Origin: the human T2T-CHM13v2.0 reference genome, Homo sapiens
Assembly (NCBI RefSeq): GCF_009914755.1
Contig: NC_060944.1
Reading direction: 5' to 3' (one strand)
DNA: 64,000 bases
Below are positions 45,062-56,599 of the stretch, one piece after another. The position numbers and the translations under genes are program-made. The notes under the pieces were generated by a model. It had not been told where the DNA came from. It saw nothing but the letters and a program-made list of their open reading frames with translations, and ran no database searches. The first letter of the stretch is position 1, and each line of letters opens with the position of its first letter.

Positions 45062-45330
45062 TGGGGTGGGCTTCTTTTCCCTTTCCCCACCGTCCCTCTT
45101 CTTCTTTCCCCTTTCCCAACCATCCTTCCCTCTTCTGTCCCCTTTCCTGACAGTCCCCCTTCTCCTTTCCCCAGCATTCCTCTTCCACCTCCACTTGTCT
45201 TACCACCGTCTTTTGGCCACTGTTATTTCACCACCCCATTTCTCCACCATTTTTCCCACCCTCAGCCCCCCACTGTTTTCTTCTCACCCATCCCACCGCC
45301 CGCACTGAAAAGAAAAAGTTCTGGGGTGGG
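45062..45330. repeat. C/T-rich low-complexity tract
   Basis: About 230 nt strongly depleted of G on the + strand, with degenerate CCCTTTCCCCACC-like units. Confidence 0.85.
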
Positions 45331-45499
45331 ATTGAGTACTTCTGAACCAAGTGGTCTGCTGACCAAACTTTGAGAAACACTGGGCAGGATAACTGCTGAA
45401 AAGCATCAGTGGTGAACACTCAGGCATTCTGGTGCATCTCTCTTCCCACCAGTAGTGGCCTTAGGTCCACCAATGCTTGTAGGCCTAGGTAGTAGTTTA

Positions 45500-45763
<264 letters not shown>

Positions 45764-46562
45764 TTATTGAATGTATTTGTGGTCAGACACCAAGACCCAG
45801 CAGTGGATAGTACTACTGACTTAGACCCTGATCTTGGGGAGTTTGCAGCCTAACAGGACTCCATAATCTCAGAGGCAAATGCTTATGTTACGTAAACATT
45901 TTGACCTGTTGACCAGAGAGCCTAAGACAGTTCTTTCAGCCCTCACGCTGGTCATTCCTGGAGACTCTTAACTATAACTCAAAGCCAAAACTCCTAATTA
46001 AGAGAAAGGGCCTAGAACCTTGAAGAGCACCATCTCAAAGCGTCGGTATTCCGTAGGCCTGGTCTGGACTTACCAAGAGCTTTAGGATGCTCAGCTGGTA
46101 AAGCCTCACTTTGAGGTTCAAAGTGATGGGAGGGAAAGCTAGATTCCCTAGTCCTGTGGTTTCTCTTCCTTTTCAAGATAGGAAGCAGAGGCCTGGTCTA
46201 GTTCACAGGTTGCCATAGTCCTTTCCTCCCATTCTTGCCCAGTCCTCCTTTACAGGATCCTGCTTTAGGGCTCCAGCATTTTCTCAGCTGGTCCTCTGCT
46301 GGGATTTCTTCTCTTTGATTGTGTGAACTCTTACTCTGCAGTAAGTCAAGAAGTCATATTTGACTTTACTTCAAACTGATACAGTAAGTGCTGCCTACTC
46401 TCTGGGGAGGAGAATTCTTAGACTCCTTTAGAACTTGCCAGGGAGGTGGGGCATGGGCTAGCTGAAGCAGTGAATTACTGCCTTCTCTGAGGACCTTCAG
46501 TTTACAGCTTTGATTCAGCAGTTTCCTTTTCCTGGAGCTCAGCCTTTTCCACAAAGTGTTAA

Positions 46563-47020
<458 letters not shown>

Positions 47021-47227
47021 ACATTTTTTTTTAAATGGTGTTAACAGTTTACATTTTTTTCTTGCCATTTTATTTCATTTATTTTATTCCTAATGACTTA
47101 ATGTTTTCCTTTATATTGGAAACATGTTACAGTTTTCTAAAGAAGTTCAGGGAATCTTTTAATACACAGCCTATCTTCCCCGAAGTGTCTTTCTTCCAAA
47201 GCAGAAGCTTGGGGGTTGATGGGGGCA

Positions 47228-47246
47228 GCTGCGCCACCTGTTGGCC
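47228..47246 (-). promoter_or_regulatory. Candidate CTCF motif
   Basis: Minus strand reads GGCCAACAGGTGGCGCAGC, one mismatch to the CCASYAGRKGGCRS core; motif match only. Confidence 0.45.
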
Positions 47247-47723
47247 TTTTAAGTTAATGGCGTCCAAAGTGGGTTCTTTCTATTATAACTGTTTCAATAT
47301 TGTGCTACAGTTCTCTACACCCCTGCAAAGTCAGATTGCATATCATTATGAGATAAGATGTCTTCTGAGTTTCGAAATAAATGGATTTCTGGTTAAATTT
47401 TAGTTTTCTATAAAGAATGTGGGCAGCCTTGGTGAATTATTAATACCTGTGTAATAGTAAGGTGGTGGAATTATAGTTAACCTCATTTTAAGTATAGCCA
47501 AATGCTCTTAGTATAGCATGGATTGGTTCGAGGTGATGTTGTAAAGTTGGATTTTTAAGAAAGAATGGAAATTGGCACTAAGAGTACTGTCAAAAGCATT
47601 TGTTTGAAAAGTGGATTAAATTCCCAAGTACTTTTCTTTCATTGCTTTATTAACTAAATCAGGTATATAAAACCCATAGGCCCTATTCAGATTTTCTTTA
47701 CCAGTTAGCAGCTTTCATTGTGA

Positions 47724-48042
<319 letters not shown>

Positions 48043-48160
48043 CCTTTAGACAGCTTTTACATAAACAATTGGATACACCAGGAACCCCAGTCATCCCTTG
48101 TGCTGTGGATGCATCCTGGTTCCCTGAAAGAGGCAGCATCATGGTACCCATGTTCCAGAG

Positions 48161-48317
48161 CAGTGTGTCGCAAACTCTAGTGTGCATCCAAGTCTTGTTA
48201 AAAATGCAATTTCTGTATAGGATTCAGTAGGTCTAGGAGGGGGCCTGGGATTCTGCATTTCTAAACTCCCACATGATGCCAATGCTGCTGGTCTGTGAAC
48301 CACTTGTTGAATAGCAA
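48161..48317. mobile_element. MER5-like hAT-Charlie MITE
   Basis: CTTGTTAAAAATGCA...GATTCAGTAGGTCTAGG...CTGCATTTCTAA...GCTGCTGGTC. Confidence 0.8.
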
Positions 48318-48894
48318 AGTTCTAGAAGAAGGTCTTATTAGGCTTTTCATATGGGAAATCTGGGCTTGCCTAGTATGGATATATATTTTTTTATTCATAT
48401 TCCACCCACCTAACTTTGAAGAAGAAAGATGCCTATTTCTTTTCCCCACAATTCCTTTCTTCCACTCCCTGCCCTATCCCTTCCTCCCCTTCTTGAACAG
48501 AGGCTGCTTAGCTTAGCAGTGGCAGGAGTCCCTCTGAGGATTTGATTTTTAAAAACCATTGAAGAGGTGTAAAGGACCCTGCTTGCTGAAAGGAAAAGGA
48601 AGAGTGACTGGGCCTCCCCCAGGTCATCCCTGTCCTGAGCAGGCACCTGGGAACAATTAACTGGCATAGTCTCCAGAGAATGACCCAGGTAAATATATGC
48701 TAAAGAGAAGGAGAATTTGTACAAGTAGATATAAATCAGTATGTTGTCTTTGTTGTTGTTGCTACTATGTGTCACCAGACCTTTATATACCATGAGAAGG
48801 CAAACCATTATTAAAGAGAATTCGCTAGCCCTGGGTATTTATGCTTAGAACATGAATACTATACCTCACTTTTTGGAACCACTTTTTTCTCTAG

Positions 48895-49016
48895 GTAAAG
48901 TCATGAAGCTGAGCCCCAAAGCAGAGGAAGTAGCTACGTTCTTTGCAAAAATGCTCGACCATGAATATACTACCAAGGAAATATTTAGGAAAAATTTCTT
49001 TAAAGACTGGAGAAAG
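48895..49016 (+). CDS. TOP1: TOP1 exon 10 (122 nt): [40 protein letters not shown]
   Basis: tctctag|GTAAAG ... AGAAAG|gtactg. Confidence 0.98.
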
Positions 49017-49889
49017 GTACTGTAGCCCATGTGTTAATATCCTAGTACCTTGCAAAACAATCAAGTACTAAGTAATAAATTATCATTTTGCAAAACATTT
49101 CCTGATGTAAAATTTGAGTTGTATGGATTTTGTTGTATTTAAACTTGCGTATTTTTTGTCTTCATTTACTATATTATGTAGGGTTTCTGTCCAACAAGAG
49201 TACTTGTATATCTTTGCTATTGGCTCTCATGTGATGGCAGGTAGGTGGGGGTTATCAGATTAGGCCAAACAGAAAACCTCAACTCCAGTTGCGCACAGGA
49301 AAGTTTGTCGCTGCAGGACTGCCCCGTGTCTGCTGTTGCAAAGAGAAATGTTAATCTGATGTCCCTCTCGCTGTTAATTCTTGCTCATTTATTTTAGGTA
49401 CTTTCTACTCTTGAAACCACATATACTATATTTGCCTAGGTGATTTTTTAAAATCTCATTATTCTCAATTTGGATAATGTGGACAGAGGCAGCAGTAAAG
49501 TTTACTTCCTGAACTAGCTCAGAAAAAGCAGACTTAATAAATGAATAGAATAGGGGTAATGTTTCCAAGAGAGAATCAGTATGGGATTTCAAACTTGTAT
49601 TCATAATGCCTGGGGGCTGTGTGCCACGGAGTCTAAGAAACCACATAAGAATTCATTTTTTTCCATGATAAGTCATTTTAAAACATTTTAATATTAGTAA
49701 GTACATATTTTATAATAAAGTAATACAACTGTATTTTTTTGTTTTTTCAAAATTCATTAATTGAGATTGGCTACTTCCAGAAACCTTTGACTGAAAAAAT
49801 GGTGCTTGGGCGTATTTGCAAAGAAACCCAAGGACTTATTAGTGTATTTTCGTTGTTTTTCTTTCATCTCCCCATTTTCTTTTGACTAG

Positions 49890-50012
49890 GAAATGACTAA
49901 TGAAGAGAAGAATATTATCACCAACCTAAGCAAATGTGATTTTACCCAGATGAGCCAGTATTTCAAAGCCCAGACGGAAGCTCGGAAACAGATGAGCAAG
50001 GAAGAGAAACTG
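49890..50012 (+). CDS. TOP1: TOP1 exon 11 (123 nt): EMTNEEKNIITNLSKCDFTQMSQYFKAQTEARKQMSKEEKL
   Basis: gactag|GAAATG ... AAACTG|gtacta. Confidence 0.98.
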
Positions 50013-50489
50013 GTACTACAGAATTTATTAAACCTCTGGAGAATTCTGGAATTGTGATTGGTTCATTTAACTTTCTTCTTGGTTCTTATGACACAACATT
50101 AACATCAGTAATTTCACATCATTCTATGCTAAAGACTTAGAGTTCTCAAAGTCTAAATTTTCTTAAAGGTTTTAGTTAGACTGAAAATTGTGAACAAGTA
50201 CTTTGCTCAGTAGCTCTGTACAGGAATCTTGGTGCTTCAGTGACCTAAAAACCAGTCAGTAACTCCAGCCAATAATATAGTAATTAAGGATGGGCAGACC
50301 TGTCCCACAGTGGCTACTGGATATTAAGGATTTAAGACAGATGAAATCATATTGGCCATGTACCTCCCTGCTCTTTGATCTATTTTACTCTGGAATCTTG
50401 TGATGCTCATCCATCTCCATCTTCCAGCCTTGGCCATCCTCATTACTGAAGGATCTTTCTGGTATCCAGCTGGGATGTCATTTTTCTTC

Positions 50490-50689
50490 TACAGGCTGCC
50501 TGTTTTTGTAAAAAAAAAAAAAAAAAATTTATTGGAACCAGCTGCCTCTACTTGTCTACATATTATCTACGGCTGTGTTTATGCAACAATGACAGAGATG
50601 AGTAGTTGCAAAAGAGAGTAGTTGCAAAAGAGACTGTGTGGCACTCAAGCCTAAAATATTTTCTATCTAGAAAAAGTTGTCAGCCCCTG
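50490..50689. mobile_element. MER58-like hAT-Charlie MITE
   Basis: GCCTGTTTTTGTAAA...TTTATTGGAAC...GAGTAGTTGCAA...AAGCCTAAAATATTT...CCCCTG. Confidence 0.8.
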
Positions 50690-51730
50690 AACTAAAGGAA
50701 TCCAGGCTAGAATTTCATTTTTACCAATCGGAAGTCCAGAAGTTAAGGATTTTAAGGAATTCTTTGCACTTCAAATTCCTGTAGTTTCAGTATTTTAAAG
50801 GACTTGCGTGTTTACGTAATTCAGACCATTGTATTGATATAACTCATTGTTTCATGGTACTTATTTGGTCACTAGTTTAAAAATTAATGCATTACTATAA
50901 GAATGTTAATTGCATCAGACTTTGTGTCTCAGGTAAATCTTATCCTCAATATTCCAAGTTAGTGAAATTTAGTATATTATTTACTTCAGGGGCATTTTGA
51001 AACTTAAAAGATCACTTTGGAGCTTTGTTCTTAGAATATTGATCCAAAGATAGATTTTATAAACATCCCCTTGTCAGAGCCTCTGCCAAGGACACCTGCT
51101 GCCAGCAAGGTCTGAATCTGTTCCCACCCACAAGGCAGCACAACTTAGTTAAACTGAATCAATAAGTATATAAAACGCAGAGTCAATAGAGGGTAAGGAG
51201 GCTCAAAATCTCCCCCACCATCCCTCACCTTTTTGGAGCAAGGATCATAGTATAGAGTGTATATACCTGTATACCTACAAAAAAATTAGTGACAGATCTG
51301 TCTGAGCTTAAAAACCCACGTTTTTAAGCTGTTTAACTGCTGTTTAATTAAATGGCTTGAGCTATTCTTTTATGAGGCTCTATCAGAGACTCTTCTCCAT
51401 TTCCTGTTTTGATAGTACTCAGTAAAACAGTATGAATTTTTAAAGTACATTTAAAAACACCCAAATAACATTTACAAACATATATCCTTTAAGACACAAG
51501 AATCAGTTTTGAATCTAGTTGAAATCAATCCTTATAGGCAGATCTTTTTGGGGAATTTTATGATATTTAAGTTTGAGAAAACCACTAGAGGTTTTCCTTT
51601 ATTTGAATTTATTTTTTAGTGATTTTTCAGACTTTCCTCTACCTTGACTTAGTCTCCCACAAGAGATAAAATGCATTAGTAGAGAACAGCAATCTGAATC
51701 TATTTTGAGTACTTTCTTGCTGTCTTCCAG

Positions 51731-51918
51731 AAAATCAAAGAGGAGAATGAAAAATTACTGAAAGAATATGGATTCTGTATTATGGATAACCACAAAGAGA
51801 GGATTGCTAACTTCAAGATAGAGCCTCCTGGACTTTTCCGTGGCCGCGGCAACCACCCCAAGATGGGCATGCTGAAGAGACGAATCATGCCCGAGGATAT
51901 AATCATCAACTGTAGCAA
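51731..51918 (+). CDS. TOP1: TOP1 exon 12 (188 nt): [62 protein letters not shown](K)
   Basis: cttccag|AAAATC ... AGCAA|gtgagc; includes the lip motif GLFRGRG with wild-type F361/G363/R364 (camptothecin-resistance positions). Confidence 0.98.
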
Positions 51919-52076
51919 GTGAGCTCGCACTTCATCCTATGGGCCAAAAAGGGGGTGGAGGGCGTCCTTTATTGTACTTGGGAATATTTCCCAGGTTACA
52001 CAGGACTGTTTGGGAAGGGAGATACTTAAGAGCAGGACAGTATTTCATGCGTAGGTCTCCAGATGTTTTTGAGGTA

Positions 52077-52761
52077 CAGTTGTCTCCCCTCATCCACAGG
52101 GGATATGTTCCAAGACCCCCAGTGGATGCCTGCAACTTCGACCCAATTGCTGTCACTTGGAACACATTTCTGTTGATGTCTTCCACCCCCAAATTTAATG
52201 TCTTTTCCATGTTTATTAAGTACTTATCACATAGAGTGGCTATAACTTTTGCAGTCTGAGGCACAACAGCAAAACTAGCACGACTTTCTTTTTCCTTCTT
52301 CACAATTTCACAGATGGAAGGTTAATTCTTACCTTAGATCTTAGCAACTTCACCATACAGTTTTTTTTATTAAGTCGATAATTTCCACCTTTTCATTTAA
52401 AGCACTCTGTGCAGCTTCTGTATGGCATATCCAAATTGCCAACATCACCACTTTCACACTTTGGGGCCTTTATTAAGTAAAAGAAGGATTACTTGAACAC
52501 AAGCAATGTAAAACCATTAAAGTCAACCTGATAAATAAGGCAGCTACTAGGTTACCCATGGGCAAGTGACATATACAGCATGGTATGTTGTATATATGGT
52601 TCACGCATCCCAGGTGGGACTACAAGAGATTTCATCATGCTCCTCAGAATGATGTGCAATTTAAAACTTACAAAATGTTTATTTCTGGAATTTTGTATTG
52701 AATATTTTCGGATGACAGTTGGCTGAGGGTAAGTAAAACCATGCATAAGGTGGGACTACTG
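52077..52761 (-). mobile_element. MER44/Tigger7-type DNA transposon deletion derivative
   Basis: TA|CAGTTGTCTCCCCTCATCC ... GCATAAGGTGGGACTACTG|TA terminal inverted repeats with TA duplication; transposase-like peptide on the minus strand. Confidence 0.85.
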
Positions 52762-52883
52762 TATTGACTGTTAAGAAGGAAACTTGGAAAATTATGCTCA
52801 GCAGATAGGTCCACTTGGGGTCATGAAAGGTGAAATTATTCCTCACATCTTATTTCACTATCCTCGTGCTCTGTTATTTCCAG

Positions 52884-53028
52884 AGATGCCAAGGTTCCTT
52901 CTCCTCCTCCAGGACATAAGTGGAAAGAAGTCCGGCATGATAACAAGGTTACTTGGCTGGTTTCCTGGACAGAGAACATCCAAGGTTCCATTAAATACAT
53001 CATGCTTAACCCTAGTTCACGAATCAAG
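52884..53028 (+). CDS. TOP1: TOP1 exon 13 (145 nt): [48 protein letters not shown]
   Basis: tttccag|AGATGCC ... ATCAAG|gtaagg. Confidence 0.98.
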
Positions 53029-53986
53029 GTAAGGGGATAGTTGAGAGCTGCACTGGTTCATGGTGCTGATAACCTTTTTTTGTTGAAATGTAACGTTCTC
53101 GTCCTCTAGAATCACTTTGACAAATTAAAAATCCTCCCCATTGAAAGAAGGCAAGTACTTTCATAGTTAGCATTATGGTGATCTTCCTACAGTGCCTCCA
53201 TTTTTTTGGTCACATTGTAATCTTATTTATTAATTCACAAATATTTACTGAAATCCCAAATGTGCCCCACACAGTATACATTTGATGCTAGGAATTATGT
53301 TGGTAAACAAGATAGACGTAGGCCCTGCCTTCATATTGCTTAACGTCCAGTGGTCAGAATGTGTTGAAGTATGGTGATTGTATATTGGCCTCTGCAGATG
53401 TCTTCTACTTCCTCACCTCTCTTGGTTATGAGAAGGGAATGTAGTTTCTGTATATCCTGAAACAAGTTGTAAAATCTAATGTCTTACATACTTCTGGCTT
53501 CCTGCAGTCTCATCTGGGTAGGTTCACCAGGGCCAAATGAAATGTGTGTGAAAGCACATCATAAAACTGTGTTACATACCTATGCACTGTTATTTATTGA
53601 TAGTGTTATTGCAAGGAGATAACTGCCTTGGGGGAAATCAGTTTTTGTTTGCCAGATAGCTATGTATATCTAGCTTTGGAGAGTCCCACGAACTTCTTCC
53701 CTCCAACATACTATGAAATATAAACCTAACAGAGACAAAAACACAGTCAAGGAATTAGTTCTATGTAGACTGTTAACTGTTTTATGTGCAGGAGACCTGG
53801 GACTAAAGACCTTCTTGATCCTCGTTCATAGGTTATAACATCTGTTAAAATGTGAAAGCCACAGCTGAAAAGGCTATGTGAATAGGCAAGACTAAACTGT
53901 ACATTTTCTGGCTTGTAGCCCTGTGTTCTTCTGTATATCACTACTTTTCTAATGAAAAATACCTGTTTATATATTTTCTCCAATTA

Positions 53987-54349
<363 letters not shown>

Positions 54350-54953
54350 TCAGAAAGCGAACACTTATGTTGAGCAGACTAGTCATTTAAAGAAACATGT
54401 ATTCCTCTTCTGAAGTATCGCAAAGCTGTATATATGGCTACAAAAGCAGAAAAATAATAGTTTTAGCCCTTAAGGAACTTATAGGCTGGTGGGCAAATCA
54501 GGTAAGAATTCAGTTGTATTAGAAGAAAGATAAAAGTAAAATGCATTAGATAAACAGAGGAGTTATTTGCAGCACCTTAGAGATCAACAATAACTTTATG
54601 AAGAAAAGTAGGTTATGGTTGGGTCTTAAAAGTAGTATTTCAAACAAGAGAGAACTGTGTCGTGGACAAAGGGGAGGGTGGTAAGCAGAGTATGTTGAGG
54701 ATAGGGGTTGAGAAAAGGTGTGATAAAAAGAATTATCAAGTGGTGACAGTTGCACAACATTGTGGATATACTACTAAATGTCACTAGTGGTAAATGGTAT
54801 CAATGCATATTTTACCACAACTTAAAAATGATCAAAATAACAGAGTTACTATTAAAAACATTTGCACATAAGTTAACATTTGGATCTTCTAAGCATACCG
54901 CACATACATATACTAATGCCACCATTTATAGATGAGTAAATTTAGTCTCTGGG

Positions 54954-55869
54954 AGGCCCAAAAATTTGCCCAAGATTCAGTGGCTAGTAACTCTAACTTA
55001 GATCTTCTTAGAATGTAACTTAGATCTTCAGTCTCTGCATGCTTTCCTGTGACATCCACTGCTAAATGTGGCCAGCTTTAAATGCCATGTTAAAGAGACT
55101 GAGCCCTTAAAGGACTTTGAACAGTGGAGTGTCTTGAACACAGCTTCACTTCAGCAAGATTTACAGGCATTATATGTAAATCACATCAGTAAATATGAAC
55201 TGTTATAAATGCTGCAAAGGAAAAAGTACAGGGTGCCATCTGAGAGTATACCAGGGTACCTGATCCAGCCTCTGGGGTTCAGGGATGGCCTTTCTGAAGA
55301 GGTAACATTTAAAGGATAATGTAAAGAAAAAATTTTTTTAAATTAGTACCTGAAGATCTGGCTGGCCTCACTATATAGCTTCCTCTCCTGCCTCTTTCTT
55401 CCCTCAGAACGACCAAGCTCTTGCTCACCTCTGGGATTTCAAAAGGCTACTTTATTTTCTCTATTAGAAACACCCATTCTCCTATTCTTTCCAGGGATAC
55501 AATCCTATTCATCCTGTAAATCTCATCTTAAATGTTAACTCTTCAGAAAGGCCATCCCTGAATCCTAGAGGCTGGATCAGGTACCCCGGTATACTCTCAG
55601 ATGGCACCCTGTACTTTTCCTTTGCAGCATTTACAGCAGTGTAAATCTACTGGTGTGATTTACATATAATGCCTGTAAATCTTGCTGAAATGAAGCTATG
55701 TTCAAGACAACTCCACTGTTCAAAGTCCTTTAAGGGCTCAGTCTCTTTAACATGGCATTTAAAGCTGGCCACATTTAGCAGTGGATGTCACAGGAGAGCA
55801 TGAGGAGCATACGCTCTAAGAAGATTGAAGAGTTACTAGCTGTTGGATCTTGGGCAAGTTTTAGGGCCT
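54954..55869. repeat. Long inverted duplication (core arms 55038-55312 and 55528-55802)
   Basis: Manual reverse-complement alignment gives 14 substitutions and 2 single-base indels in 275 nt; outer extension 54954-54994 vs 55829-55869 matches 35/41. Confidence 0.97.
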
Positions 55870-56100
55870 TTAAGTTTAAAAGGAAGCCACCAACCTGGGA
55901 TTTAAAGAGGGAAATGACACCAGATTTGTATTTTGGAAACTCGTTACATAATTGATCATTCTGACTGCTGCTCTGCGGAGACTGGATTGGACACAAACAA
56001 GAAGTAGAGAGATCAATGGGAAGCTGTTGCATACTCCAGGCAAGAAACAGCGATGACTTAAGACAAATGATGGCAATGGGGATGGAGAGAGGTGACAGAT
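55870..56100 (-). mobile_element. L2 fragment
   Basis: GGAAGCCACC...CAGATTTGTATTTTGGAAA...GATCATTCTGACTGCTG...GGGGATGGAGAGAGGTGACAGAT resembles the L2 3' region. Confidence 0.7.
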
Positions 56101-56599
56101 ACATAATGTATGCTGAGTACTTGTACAGGTAAGGATTAGAGTTAATTAATTGTTGGAGCCTCTCTGAGGGCTGAGATCCTTGTTAGATAGACCAGGTGAA
56201 ATGCCTCAAGAGCAGAGAGCCAGTCAATTTTATTCCAGACAATATCCAGCTAACTGCTATACACAATAGACATTTGTGCAAGTTTCTGGATGATGATCAT
56301 GGTAGTGAACCTAAAAGTCACCCAGAGTTAGACTCTGAACCTTATGCTCAGGAGAAAGTGCCTGACTTGAACTGCAATGGGATCCCAATAGGAGTCATTA
56401 AAGGCCTGGAAAAGTGGTGCCATTAGGAGAAAAAGAAATGATTTCTTGAGCTTGCTCTCAGTTCTCTTTTAGGCTGTCTTGTACTCAGCAGAATAGTGAG
56501 ATCTTCAAAGGTTGGGGTTTGATAGTGCCTTGAATAATTTTTAACTTTATATTGCCAGCGGAAGAAGCATTCTCTTTTTAGATTTAAAAAATATAGATA

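Noticed and set aside
45021-45419. Cluster of overlapping Pro/Ser/Phe-rich and Gly/Glu-rich ORFs
   Set aside because: Artefact of the stop-poor low-complexity C/T tract.
55038-55802. Reading the long inverted repeat as transposon terminal inverted repeats or as a miRNA gene
   Set aside because: No target-site duplication or recognisable terminal motif; the arms are a mosaic of MIR-like, L2-like and unique sequence, and far longer than a pre-miRNA.
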